A stretch of DNA of 64,000 bases, taken from assembly GCA_051746745.1 (NCBI GenBank), contig JBNJFJ010000002.1:5420-69419 (forward strand), given 5' to 3'. The notes under the pieces were generated by a model. It was not told the DNA's origin, did not search any database, and saw only the letters and a list, made by a program, of their open reading frames with translations. The stretch comes from Bacillota bacterium. Lineage in GTDB: Bacteria > Bacillota > Bacilli > Bacillales > Amphibacillaceae. Numbering within the stretch: the first letter of the stretch is position 1; each line of letters begins with the position of its first letter. Positions 20,697-30,548 of this stretch are shown here, in pieces. The position numbers and the translations under genes were made by a program.

Positions 20697-22726
20697 GTCA
20701 TGTTCACCACCCCTACACTTTGGACATCTAAGTTCGGTTCCAATTCATTATACGATAACACCACAACATGAGGAAAGAACCGGTCCAACAGTTGCTTCAT
20801 ATACATACGAATGGTCGGTGAGCACAAGATAATGGGATACTCTTCATGCAGTGAAATCTTTTCAATTTGGTTTTTAACCGCATGGACAATCCGTTGTTGT
20901 TTATCAGGATCTAAGGCTAAATAATTGCCGTGCTCTGTTTGCTGAACGTGTTCGGCAATGGTTTGTTCCACTTCACCAGCGACCGTAATGACTTTGAGCT
21001 CAGATTTTCCTTCTGAGTATTGCTTCGTGATTTGTGAGGCGAGCGATTGTCTCGCATATTCACCGAGTAGCTCTGTATCATTGGTCATTTTACCAAAGTC
21101 AGCTAACGTTTCAAAGATTACTGGAAGATTTCGGATTGAGACTTGCTCACGTAACAGTTTGGCCAATACTTTTTGCACATCCCCTACAGATAACACATCC
21201 GGTGTCACTTCATCGACTAAAATTGGATACGATTCTTTCAAATGATCGATCAATTGTTTTGTTTCTTGACGACCGAGTAATTGATGGGCATGTTTCTTAA
21301 TGACTTCGGTAATATGCGTTGCCACAACAGATGGGGGATCGACCACAGTATAGCCATTGAGCTCAGCATCATCTTTCATTTCTTCTGTAATCCATTTCGC
21401 TGGAAGACCAAAAGCCGGTTCCGTTGTTTGAATGCCCTCTAAATCATCGCCATCCAAGCCGCCAGTCATAGCGAGGAAGTGGTCCAGTAATAATTCACCT
21501 GTTGCTACTTCATTACCCTTAATTTTCAATTGATAAGCATTTGGCTGCAATTGAATGTTATCTCTAATCCGAACAACAGGAATTACTAACCCAAGCTCAA
21601 TCGCGAGCTGACGTCTGATCATGACAATACGGTCCATTAAATCTCCACCCTGACTCGCGTCGACTAGTGGGATTAACGCATACCCGAATTCAAATTCAAT
21701 CGGGTCCATGCTAATTAAGTCCACGACATTCTCTTGTGAACGCATATCTTCTGTTGTTTCTTCTTCTTCAACTTCTGCTTCATCAACAGGTAATTCTGCT
21801 TTTGGACGTTCTAAAAAATAGCCGCCACCAACGAGAATGAGCGCCATCGTCGTTGTTAACACGGGATTGATCGGAGTAAATCCAAAGATGAAGATTGTCC
21901 CGCCAGCCACATAGAGTAATTTAGGGTATTGTAATAATTGCCCAGTTACATCGGTACTTAAATTACCTTCAGAGACAGCCCGGGTAACGATAATACCGGT
22001 TGCTGTTGAAATAAGGAGGGCTGGTATCTGACTGACAAGTCCGTCCCCTACGGTTAATTGCATATAAGTCGATAAGGCTTCATTAAAGCTCATGCCTTGC
22101 TGCAGCATCCCGATAATGAGACCAAAGATAATGTTAATCATTACGATAATAATACCAGCAATCGCATCACCTTTTACGAATTTACTCGCACCATCCATGG
22201 CCCCGTAAAAGTCGGCTTCGCGTTCAATCTTTTCACGACGTTGTTTCGCTTGTTGTTCATTGATCAGACCTGCATTTAAATCCGCATCAATACTCATCTG
22301 TTTACCAGGCATCGCATCCAACGTAAAACGCGCGCCTACTTCAGAAACACGCTCTGACCCTTTTGTAATAACTAAAAATTGAATAATAATTAAAATAACG
22401 AAGACGACAAAACCGACAAGCGGATTGCCACCAATAACAAATGTTCCAAATGTTTCAACCACATTACCCGCTGAACCTGTACCTAAAATAGATCGTGTCG
22501 TTGAAACATTAAGACCTAACCGAAATAGGGTCAGTAATAGTAAGAGCGATGGTAAGATCGAGAACTCTAAAGGTTCTGATGTGTTCATCGCAACTAAAAT
22601 GACAATGAGGGAAAGTGAAATATTCGTTAAAATTAGAATACTTAAAAGAATATCTGGTAGTGGGATAATTAACATCACGATAATCGTAATGACAAATAAC
22701 ACAACGGTAAAATCTCTTGCTCGCAT
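20693..22726 (-). CDS. flhA: Flagellar export protein FlhA
   Basis: ARFTLDAMPGKQMSIDADL, FYGAMDGASKFVKGD. Confidence 0.98.
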   Translation of the reverse strand: MRARDFTVVLFVITIIVMLIIPLPDILLSILILTNISLSLIVILVAMNTSEPLEFSILPSLLLLLTLFRLGLNVSTTRSILGTGSAGNVVETFGTFVIGGNPLVGFVVFVILIIIQFLVITKGSERVSEVGARFTLDAMPGKQMSIDADLNAGLINEQQAKQRREKIEREADFYGAMDGASKFVKGDAIAGIIIVMINIIFGLIIGMLQQGMSFNEALSTYMQLTVGDGLVSQIPALLISTATGIIVTRAVSEGNLSTDVTGQLLQYPKLLYVAGGTIFIFGFTPINPVLTTTMALILVGGGYFLERPKAELPVDEAEVEEEETTEDMRSQENVVDLISMDPIEFEFGYALIPLVDASQGGDLMDRIVMIRRQLAIELGLVIPVVRIRDNIQLQPNAYQLKIKGNEVATGELLLDHFLAMTGGLDGDDLEGIQTTEPAFGLPAKWITEEMKDDAELNGYTVVDPPSVVATHITEVIKKHAHQLLGRQETKQLIDHLKESYPILVDEVTPDVLSVGDVQKVLAKLLREQVSIRNLPVIFETLADFGKMTNDTELLGEYARQSLASQITKQYSEGKSELKVITVAGEVEQTIAEHVQQTEHGNYLALDPDKQQRIVHAVKNQIEKISLHEEYPIILCSPTIRMYMKQLLDRFFPHVVVLSYNELEPNLDVQSVGVVNMT

Positions 22727-22756
22727 AAATGTATACTCTCCTTACCCTCTAAAAAA

Positions 22757-23848
22757 CTAAGCTTTTTTCTCTAAACGATAGACATAGGCTAGTATTTCAG
22801 CCACGGCCTGATAATACGATTCATCAATATCATGATCAATCTCAACGTCCCGGTAAAGGGCACGTGCTAAGGGACGATTTTCAATAATCATCACATCATG
22901 ATGTGTCGCAATTTCCCTTATTTTAAGTGCGACATAGTCGACCCCTTTTGCCACAACAAAAGGCGCTTGGTGGACGCCATCAGTTTCATCATACTTAATG
23001 GCTACCGCATAGTGTGTTGGGTTGGTAATAATGACATCGGCTTCAGGGACTTCACTCATCATCCGGCTCATGGCCATCTGTCGTTGCCGCTCTTTAATTT
23101 TTGATTTAATTTGCGGGTCCCCTTCAATATTTTTATATTCGTCTTTAATATCTTGTTTAGACATACGAATATTTTTTTCATAATCATATCGTTGATATAT
23201 ATAATCTAATACACCAATGACGAATAAACTAATGGCCCCGGCAATTCCGATAAAAATCGTTGTTTCACCAAAAAAGGCCAGTGCGGTATCTAAGTCTTTA
23301 AACGCTAACATAAAGACTTCATCTTTTCTCATCCAGACAACGGTAAACGTTACGGCCGCCACAAAACTAATCTTAAGTAACGACTTGACCAGTTCGACTA
23401 AAGCACGGGGAGAGAATAAGCGTTTAAACCCTGAAATGGGGTTAATTTTATCTAACTTAAAGGTTAGTGGTTCTGTCGTGAATAAAAAACCGATTTGTGC
23501 TAAGTTACTTGCCACACCACTAATCATAGCAACCCCTAGCACGGGTGCAATCGTGAGTCCAACATAGCCTAACACTTCAACGATAATTAATTGAATCGAA
23601 TCAAAGGTTAAGGACCACTGTGTATATTCTGAAAACACCTTCGTTAAAAGATTGGTTAAACGCATTTTCCAAAACGAACCGAGTAACATGAAGGTTAAGA
23701 AGATTAAAAACAAAGCAACAGCCGTGTTAATATCCTGTGATTTCGCTACTTGTCCTTTTTTTCTAGTGTCTTCCCGTTTCTTTGGTGTTGCTTTTTCTGT
23801 CTTTTCACCAGAGAAAAATTGGAGATCGAGTTGTAAGTATGTCATCAT
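22757..23848 (-). CDS. flhB: Flagellar export switch protein FlhB
   Basis: EKTEKATPKK, NPTH autocleavage motif. Confidence 0.97.
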   Translation of the reverse strand: MMTYLQLDLQFFSGEKTEKATPKKREDTRKKGQVAKSQDINTAVALFLIFLTFMLLGSFWKMRLTNLLTKVFSEYTQWSLTFDSIQLIIVEVLGYVGLTIAPVLGVAMISGVASNLAQIGFLFTTEPLTFKLDKINPISGFKRLFSPRALVELVKSLLKISFVAAVTFTVVWMRKDEVFMLAFKDLDTALAFFGETTIFIGIAGAISLFVIGVLDYIYQRYDYEKNIRMSKQDIKDEYKNIEGDPQIKSKIKERQRQMAMSRMMSEVPEADVIITNPTHYAVAIKYDETDGVHQAPFVVAKGVDYVALKIREIATHHDVMIIENRPLARALYRDVEIDHDIDESYYQAVAEILAYVYRLEKKA

Positions 23849-23850
23849 AT

Positions 23851-24627
23851 TTAACCTCCAAGGATCCGCATGAGCATTTCCATCATTTCAATCACATAAT
23901 GCACGAGTCGTTTCACTAAATCAATATAAGCCATCATAAACAGACTTAAAACAAACAGTGACACACCAATCTTTAGTGGAATACCAACAACAAAGACATT
24001 TAGTTGTGGTACCGTACGTGCAACAATACCTAAGGTCACATCAACTAAAAATAACGTTCCTACAATCGGAATCGCCATCTGGAAGGCAATTAGAAAGAGT
24101 TGATTAAACATGTTAATCGCGGTGATTAACAATCCATCTTGCCCTAAATCAATGAGTTGGTCAACTTCGATGACATCAAAGCTATGGATTGCTCCTTGAA
24201 TCAGAAGATGATGACCATCAACAGCAAGTAGAAACATAAGCGCAAAGATGTATAAGTATTGACCAATAACCGGTCCTTGTGCACCTGTTTGCGGATCAAT
24301 CACATTGGCAATCGCAAAACCCATTTGAAAATCAATGAAGTTACCAGCAATTTGAATCGCCGTCATAATAATATTTGCTACAAACCCAATAACTAAGCCA
24401 ATGATCACTTCTTTTACAAGCAAAAAAACAAATGTTAAGTCAAGATCAATCACTGGTATGTCCAATGTAAACATAATCATTAAACTCACAAAAGCAGCAA
24501 AACCGATTTTAAATTGGGTCGGAATATTACGATAAGAAAAAATCGGCAACGTCACAAAGAATCCTGCGAGCCGTCCGAAGACTAATAAAAAAACGGTCAC
24601 GTAATCAAGGTTAATAACAGATAGCAT
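23851..24627 (-). CDS. fliR: Flagellar export protein FliR
   Basis: DFQMGFAIANVIDP, RTVPQLNVF. Confidence 0.96.
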   Translation of the reverse strand: MLSVINLDYVTVFLLVFGRLAGFFVTLPIFSYRNIPTQFKIGFAAFVSLMIMFTLDIPVIDLDLTFVFLLVKEVIIGLVIGFVANIIMTAIQIAGNFIDFQMGFAIANVIDPQTGAQGPVIGQYLYIFALMFLLAVDGHHLLIQGAIHSFDVIEVDQLIDLGQDGLLITAINMFNQLFLIAFQMAIPIVGTLFLVDVTLGIVARTVPQLNVFVVGIPLKIGVSLFVLSLFMMAYIDLVKRLVHYVIEMMEMLMRILGG

Positions 24628-24629
24628 CG

Positions 24630-24899
24630 TTATCTAATAACCGTTGTAAGATTTTGAAAAATTTCAGTCGTAAACTGAACGACTTGCGTCAGCATCCACG
24701 GACCGAAAATAACTAAGCCAAATAAAACAGCGACAATTTTAGGAATAAAGGCTAAGGTTTGCTCTTGGATCTGTGTTGTTGCTTGAAATATACTGACGAG
24801 TAGACCGACGACCAGCGCTAAAATAAGCAAAGGGCCAGCGACCATTAAGACGGTGGTGATTCCCCGTTCAGCTAAAGAAATAACTAGTTCTCCACTCAT
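24630..24899 (-). CDS. fliQ: Flagellar export protein FliQ
   Basis: FQATTQIQEQTLAFIPK. Confidence 0.97.
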   Translation of the reverse strand: MSGELVISLAERGITTVLMVAGPLLILALVVGLLVSIFQATTQIQEQTLAFIPKIVAVLFGLVIFGPWMLTQVVQFTTEIFQNLTTVIR

Positions 24900-24913
24900 A
24901 CTTTCGCCTCTTT

Positions 24914-25582
24914 CTAATTAAAACTTGATAATAGTGCTTCTGAAATTAAATACCATCCATCCACTAAGACAAATAAGAGGACTTTAAACGGTAATGAAAT
25001 CATAACCGGCGGTAACATCATCATCCCCATGGACATTAAAACACTAGCAACCGTCATATCAATGACGAGGAACGGAATAAAAATCATAAAGCCCATTGTA
25101 AAAGCTGTTTTTAATTCACTGATCGCAAATGCTGGCACTAATGCTGTTAGTGGAATATCCTCAACGGTCTCAATCTCAGGTGACTCAACATAATTTAAAA
25201 ATAAGGCCAAGTCCCGTTCACGGGTATGGTCTGCCATAAATAACTTAATCGGTGTACTTGCCCGTTCATAAGCTTCTTCAATGTTTATTTCTTCATCTAA
25301 TAAGGGCGTCAATGCTTGTTCATTAATATCAGAAAACGTTGGTGCCATGATAAAGAACGTCATAAAAAGGGCTAATCCTACTAACAATTGATTTGGCGGC
25401 ATTTGCTGAGTGGCAAGTGACGTACGTGTAAATGAAAGCACGATGATAATTCTAGTGAAACTGGTCATTAATATTAATATACCAGGTGCTAGTGAAAACA
25501 CCGTCAATAATAATAATAACTGAACAGATGTAGCGACATTCTCAGGGTCACTCGAACTAAAGATATCAATAAATTCATTCAT
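24914..25582 (-). CDS. fliP: Flagellar export protein FliP
   Basis: MTSFTRI, MGMMMLPP, FVLVDGW; likely start MNEF at 25582. Confidence 0.96.
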   Translation of the reverse strand: MNEFIDIFSSSDPENVATSVQLLLLLTVFSLAPGILILMTSFTRIIIVLSFTRTSLATQQMPPNQLLVGLALFMTFFIMAPTFSDINEQALTPLLDEEINIEEAYERASTPIKLFMADHTRERDLALFLNYVESPEIETVEDIPLTALVPAFAISELKTAFTMGFMIFIPFLVIDMTVASVLMSMGMMMLPPVMISLPFKVLLFVLVDGWYLISEALLSSFN

Positions 25583-26282
25583 TGCGATCATGCCCCTTAA
25601 TGTCTTGTCTTATCTTTGCCTGCTTATTTTTCATCTGTTCTAACTCACCTTTAAATAATGTCGAAAACGAATCCTTTGAGTTCTCATTCAGTGAAGAGTT
25701 GTCATCACTTTTTGATTGTTTTTGCTGTAGTGACTGAGTCACCTTTGAAAAAAGATCAGCGCCTGGTGCTTGTTTATTATTCATGAGTTGTTCGATAAAC
25801 GCTTGATCGGTCACTTCTGTTAATAACTCAACCGTATCACCTACTCCAAGTAAATATACTTTCGTACCTACTTTTACAAGCTGGACTGATTTATTCATTC
25901 CAACAGAAACACCACCAAGGTTTTCAAGGTTATTTAATTGACCTTGTTTTGAGGTGAATTTATTCATCAGTTTAAGCAAGACGTAAATAAGGATAACGAC
26001 TAGGGCGAGCGCTAATAGAAATCGAATCACTAAGCCCCAAAAACTCACCTCTTCATTATCATCTTCAAACAAACCAGAATCTGGATCATCGGGGGTTTCC
26101 GTTTGCTCGTTTTGTAACGGCGTGTTATCACTATTTGACTCTTCTCTATTTGATTCTAACTCATCTGTCGATGATTGACGATATGCATCAAGCACAGATC
26201 CATTATCATCTTCAGCTAGCACAGCGTGCGGAAACAAGCAGATAAAAAGAATAAGACAAAAGCTTATCAAACGTTTCATCAT
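25575..26282 (-). CDS. fliO: Flagellar protein FliO/FliZ
   Basis: Signal-like N-terminus, TM helix, NLGGVSVGMNKSVQLVKVG; lies between cheY and fliP. Confidence 0.88.
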   Translation of the reverse strand: MMKRLISFCLILFICLFPHAVLAEDDNGSVLDAYRQSSTDELESNREESNSDNTPLQNEQTETPDDPDSGLFEDDNEEVSFWGLVIRFLLALALVVILIYVLLKLMNKFTSKQGQLNNLENLGGVSVGMNKSVQLVKVGTKVYLLGVGDTVELLTEVTDQAFIEQLMNNKQAPGADLFSKVTQSLQQKQSKSDDNSSLNENSKDSFSTLFKGELEQMKNKQAKIRQDIKGHDRNE

Positions 26283-26283
26283 C

Positions 26284-26646
26284 TTATCCTAGTGCTTTAT
26301 TAATGGCCTCTAGCACACGGTCCGCTTGGAACGGCTTCACAATAAAGTCTTTCGCTCCCGCCTGTATCGCATCGATCACCATTGCTTGCTGTCCCATTGC
26401 TGAACACATAATGATGGTCGCATTTGGGTTCTGTGCTTTAATTTCTTTTAATGCTTGAATGCCGTCTTTTTCTGGCATCGTAATATCCATTGTCACAAGG
26501 TCTGGTGTTAGTTCAGCATATTTTTCAACAGCAACTTGACCATTTTCAGCTTCCCCAACAACATCAAAACCGTTCTTTGATAAAATATCTTTAATCATCA
26601 TTCTCATAAATGCTGCATCGTCTACGATTAATACTGTATTTGCCAT
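26284..26646 (-). CDS. cheY: Chemotaxis response regulator CheY
   Basis: VDDAAFMRMMIKDIL, MDITMPE, 120 aa. Confidence 0.97.
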   Translation of the reverse strand: MANTVLIVDDAAFMRMMIKDILSKNGFDVVGEAENGQVAVEKYAELTPDLVTMDITMPEKDGIQALKEIKAQNPNATIIMCSAMGQQAMVIDAIQAGAKDFIVKPFQADRVLEAINKALG

Positions 26647-26675
26647 GGTTGTTTCCTCCTAAAATGTATCCATTG

Positions 26676-27875
26676 TTATTTTAGTTTTTTAAGTCGATCA
26701 CTTTGACTAATAATTTCTGTGACTCTCACGCCAAAGTTCTCATCAATAACGACAACTTCTCCTTGAGCAATGAGTTTATTATTTACATGAATATCAACTG
26801 GTTCTCCGGCGAGTTTATCAAGTTCCAAAATCGAGCCTGTCGATAATTCTAGAATGTCTTTTACCGCTCGCTTTGTTCTACCAAGTTCAACGGTCACTTG
26901 GAGCGGGATATCTAGCAACATATCTAAATTGCGTTTTTCATGTTCTGGTAATTGGATTGGTTCAAACGCTTGAAAACTTGCTTGTTCAACGTTTTGTTGA
27001 TTCGCCATCGGTTCACCCATATTTCTAGGTTGACGTGGTTGTTGATACATTTGTTGTTGTGGTGCAGCTTGCTGATTCATATTTGGTTGTTGAACTTGTT
27101 GTTGTGGTTCAGGTGATGCTTGCGCTTCCTGCTTCGGTGCCTCTTGTGTTGGTGCCGTTTGTTTTGGCTCTTCTTTTGGACCATTTAACAACTCATCAAC
27201 CATTGCTTTTGCGAAAGATGGTGGTAACAGTTGCATGATTTTTGAATCAATCAATGTCCCTATTTTTAACTGGAATGACACTTTAACGATATATTCGTCA
27301 TCCGGAATGTATTTATCACTTTCTTCGGTCCCTACTTCTAACATCACCGTTTGCGGTGGGGAAATATCAATCCGCTTTGAGAACATCGTTGACATACTTG
27401 TAGCTGCTGTCCCCATCATTTGATTCATTGCTTCTTGGACAGCGCTCATATGAATTTCATTAAGTTCTACTTCACTATTAGAACCGTCTCCACCAAGCAT
27501 TAAATCAGCAATAATCGAAGCATCACTTGATTTTAAAACAAACAAGTTGTCGCCTTCAAATCCTTCGGTATACTCGACTTCTACACCGACATGAGGATGT
27601 GGAAATTCCTGCTCTAATGTGTTACGTTTCACGATTGAAATCTCAGGTGTTGTAATATCAACTTTTTGATTTAATAGTGTCGCAAGTGTCGTTGCCGAAC
27701 TACCAAATGAAATGTTGCCAATTTCGCCTAATGCATCAATTTCAATATCTGAAAGAATACTAGATGTATCTTCAGACTCTTCTTCTATCGTTTCGTTTTC
27801 GTCTGTTTCTTCTTCATCTGATGTGCCGTTTAGTAGCGCATCAATCTCATCTTGTGATAACATACCATCACTCAT
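26676..27875 (-). CDS. fliY: Flagellar switch phosphatase FliY
   Basis: LSQDEIDALL N-terminus, CheC-like domain, Q/P-rich linker, FliN-like C-terminus (GEVVVIDENFGVR). Confidence 0.95.
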   Translation of the reverse strand: MSDGMLSQDEIDALLNGTSDEEETDENETIEEESEDTSSILSDIEIDALGEIGNISFGSSATTLATLLNQKVDITTPEISIVKRNTLEQEFPHPHVGVEVEYTEGFEGDNLFVLKSSDASIIADLMLGGDGSNSEVELNEIHMSAVQEAMNQMMGTAATSMSTMFSKRIDISPPQTVMLEVGTEESDKYIPDDEYIVKVSFQLKIGTLIDSKIMQLLPPSFAKAMVDELLNGPKEEPKQTAPTQEAPKQEAQASPEPQQQVQQPNMNQQAAPQQQMYQQPRQPRNMGEPMANQQNVEQASFQAFEPIQLPEHEKRNLDMLLDIPLQVTVELGRTKRAVKDILELSTGSILELDKLAGEPVDIHVNNKLIAQGEVVVIDENFGVRVTEIISQSDRLKKLK

Positions 27876-28869
27876 CATCGGAAGACCCTCCTTTAATTTC
27901 ATCAATCACCTGCACAGCAACGTTATTTTTCTGGCTACCAGGCTGAACATAAAACAATGGTTCTTCACTTGACTGCATAATTAAAGGCTCTTCAATCGAT
28001 TGATTTAACTTTAATACATCGCCCTTGTTTAACTCAAGTAAATCATCAATAGTAATACGCGTTTCACCTAACACCACACTGAGTTCAAGTTCCGTAGATG
28101 AAATATTTTTTGTTAATTTTTCATATTCACCAGGTTTCCGTTCCTTTTGTGCTTCATTCTGCATCCAATAATGCACAGATAACCTCGGAATAATTGGCTC
28201 CAAGACGACATGCGGAATACAGATATTGATCATCCCACTCGTCTCACCAATCGTTGTGTTTAACGACACGACAATGACCGTTTCATTTGGTGACACCAGT
28301 TGCAAGAATTGGGGATTCACTTCAAACTCTTCAAGCATTGGATCAATATCGATGACACTTGCCCAAGCTTCTTGCAAGTTGTCGAGTGATTTTTCAAATA
28401 AATTGGACATAATCGTTGATTCAATTTCGGTCAAGTTCTCTATTTTATTTAAACTTGTTCCCCGACCACCTAGAATTCGGTCTAACATCGCATAAGCTAC
28501 GTTTGGATTAATTTCAAAAATAATTCGACCATCAAGTGGATCCATACTAAAGATATTTAACACGGTCATTGTTGGAATTGAACGAATAAATTCTTCATAA
28601 GGTATTTGATCGACGGAAGCGACCGAAATATGCACATAATTTCGCAGCTGAGCTGAAAAATATGTCGTCAGCATCCGCGCATAATTTTCATGGATTCTCG
28701 ATAAACTTCGCACTTGATCCTTTGAAAATCTCAGTGCTCGTTTAAAGTCATAACTTCTTACTTTTTTTTCTTTTTCTTCTTCTTTTAATTGATTGGCATC
28801 CATCTCTCCTGATGATAATGCCGATAGTAAAGCATCTATCTCATTTTGGGACAAAACATCATCTGCCAT
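27868..28869 (-). CDS. fliM: Flagellar switch protein FliM
   Basis: LSQNEIDALL, YDFKRALRFSKDQ. Confidence 0.97.
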   Translation of the reverse strand: MADDVLSQNEIDALLSALSSGEMDANQLKEEEKEKKVRSYDFKRALRFSKDQVRSLSRIHENYARMLTTYFSAQLRNYVHISVASVDQIPYEEFIRSIPTMTVLNIFSMDPLDGRIIFEINPNVAYAMLDRILGGRGTSLNKIENLTEIESTIMSNLFEKSLDNLQEAWASVIDIDPMLEEFEVNPQFLQLVSPNETVIVVSLNTTIGETSGMINICIPHVVLEPIIPRLSVHYWMQNEAQKERKPGEYEKLTKNISSTELELSVVLGETRITIDDLLELNKGDVLKLNQSIEEPLIMQSSEEPLFYVQPGSQKNNVAVQVIDEIKGGSSDDE

Positions 28870-28896
28870 AAACTCACCTCCGGTTCGGAGTCGTAA

Positions 28897-29313
28897 CTAC
28901 TGAACAATCTTACTAATTAGATAGATGTCCGTAATTTCCCCTTCTTCCATTAACACATTCATTTCGTCTTTCAAGCGATTCTCGAATCCTGATAAATCAT
29001 TTTGTAACACTGATGACTCCATCTCTACTGTTTGTTTAATTAATATGTTCTTAAACTGAAACATGCGTTTTTCCACTTCCGCTTTAGCATCTTCATTGTT
29101 TGTGATGATGTTAAATTGTAGTTGCGCATAGCGATTATCAGCTAAATCAATATTGATTGATTCAGTCATATAGGAGTATTCAATCTGTTCATCAATCGTT
29201 AACTCACGATTAGGGTCGTCTTGATTCATGAGAATATAGATGATGGCAGCCATACCTAAAATAGACACTAACACAAGACCTATAATAATATTTTTAAATA
29301 CTTTACTTGCCAT
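28897..29313 (-). CDS. fliL: Flagellar basal body protein FliL
   Basis: Single N-terminal TM helix, 138 aa, directly upstream of fliM. Confidence 0.88.
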   Translation of the reverse strand: MASKVFKNIIIGLVLVSILGMAAIIYILMNQDDPNRELTIDEQIEYSYMTESINIDLADNRYAQLQFNIITNNEDAKAEVEKRMFQFKNILIKQTVEMESSVLQNDLSGFENRLKDEMNVLMEEGEITDIYLISKIVQ

Positions 29314-29524
29314 TTACTTCACCTACCTGTTGGTGCCAAGGAAACATGCCGATATTTTTATAAAAGGCTTGCGATAAGTGACTCACCTCAGCTTCAGTTT
29401 CTTTGACAAAATATTTTTTACCATTCACGAGTGTGATTGTTGTATCAGGTAACGCTTCAACCTTCTCGATGTACATTGCATTAAGTGTAAATGTGTCACC
29501 TTTAAAATTAGTCACTGTAATCAT
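29303..29524 (-). CDS. flbD: FlbD/SwrD family flagellar protein
   Basis: LNAMYIEKVEALPDTTITLVNGKKYFVKE. Confidence 0.92.
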   Translation of the reverse strand: MITVTNFKGDTFTLNAMYIEKVEALPDTTITLVNGKKYFVKETEAEVSHLSQAFYKNIGMFPWHQQVGEVNGK

Positions 29525-29534
29525 AATTAAGTTG

Positions 29535-29558
29535 GGAGTAAGCCCAGAGGCTTACTCC
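29535..29558 (-). promoter_or_regulatory. 10-bp stem-loop between the flgE stop and the flbD start
   Basis: GGAGTAAGCC-tctg-GGCTTACTCC on the minus strand; no U-tract. Confidence 0.75.
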
Positions 29559-29564
29559 TTCCTC

Positions 29565-30476
29565 CTATCGTTTTAGATTCACAAGTTCTTGTAAGATTTC
29601 ATCTGATGTTGTAATGATTCGCGTATTCGCCTGGAAGCCACGTTGTGCAGTAATCATTTCTGTGAACTCTTCAGCTAAATCGACATTTGACATCTCGAGT
29701 GCACCAGAAACAACAGCTGCTGTACCTCCAGATTCAGGTTCGAATAAAGGTAAATCATTATTGTCTTCATTTAAAACCATACCATCATTTACTGATGAAC
29801 GGAACATATTCCCACCAATTTTCTCTAAACCACCCGGGTTCGAGAACTTAGCTATAGCTACTTGTCCAGCCTGTTGAGTTGCTCCATTTTCATTAATATA
29901 ATTAACAATACCATTTCCTTGAATACTAAAACTAGCAGCAGACTCAGGGATTCTGATTCGATGAGTTCCTTCTGATAAGCCTTGATTTGTTCCTTCAGAT
30001 CCAATCTCCATAAAACCTCCATCACCAACCAAATATTGTCCATTCGCATTGACAATATAACCTTCTTCATCTAAATACATGTTTCCTGCACGAGAATATT
30101 GTAAGTTGACATCATCTAATGAATCGATTTCATTTTCATCTCCACTTACTCCGTCTCCTGTAGCAAAAACAAACATCCCATCACCTTCAAGCGCCATATC
30201 AAGCACTCGGTTGGTCGTTTGACGGTTACCTTGGGTGTGAATATTATCAATTGAGCCAAGTTGTGAACCTAAACCAACTTGCATCGGGTTGATACCACCA
30301 CGAATGTCTGTTGGTGAAGAAGCACCGGCAGTTGTTTGACTCATCATATCTTGGAAAGTTGTTCTTGCTTTTTTAAAACCAGACGTATTAACGTTGGCAA
30401 TATTATTACCTACAGTATCAAGTTTTGTTTGGAATCCACGCATACCTGCGATTCCTGAGTACATTGATCTTAACAT
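29565..30476 (-). CDS. flgE: Flagellar hook protein FlgE (short Bacillus type; often annotated FlgG)
   Basis: MLRSMYSGIAG, GNNIANVNTSGFK, LEMSNVDLAEEFTEMI; position after flgD; start 30476 after AAGGAGG. Confidence 0.93.
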   Translation of the reverse strand: MLRSMYSGIAGMRGFQTKLDTVGNNIANVNTSGFKKARTTFQDMMSQTTAGASSPTDIRGGINPMQVGLGSQLGSIDNIHTQGNRQTTNRVLDMALEGDGMFVFATGDGVSGDENEIDSLDDVNLQYSRAGNMYLDEEGYIVNANGQYLVGDGGFMEIGSEGTNQGLSEGTHRIRIPESAASFSIQGNGIVNYINENGATQQAGQVAIAKFSNPGGLEKIGGNMFRSSVNDGMVLNEDNNDLPLFEPESGGTAAVVSGALEMSNVDLAEEFTEMITAQRGFQANTRIITTSDEILQELVNLKR

Positions 30477-30493
30477 AGTTAGTTCCTCCTTCT

Positions 30494-30547
30494 TGTATCT
30501 ACATCTATCAGTCAGTAGATACACATGCCTCCCAGTCTGGGTCCAGC
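30494..30547 (-). promoter_or_regulatory. Putative structured cis-regulatory RNA (two hairpins) in the flgE leader
   Basis: GCUGGA-CCCA-GAC-UGGG-AGGC then UGUAUCUAC-UGACUGAUAGAU-GUAGAUACA, ending just upstream of the flgE SD. Confidence 0.6.
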
Positions 30548-30548
30548 A

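Noticed and set aside
20344-20832. 162-aa plus-strand ORF and the many other antisense ORFs in the track
   Set aside because: Mirror frames of conserved minus-strand genes, with no SD or recognisable motifs
26990-27180. CAA-rich, Q/P-rich stretch in fliY as a tandem repeat
   Set aside because: Ordinary low-complexity interdomain linker with no exact repeat unit
29740-30180. Central flgE as a horizontally swapped segment
   Set aside because: Only slightly more AT-rich by eye; this surface-exposed region is normally variable, and no computation was possible
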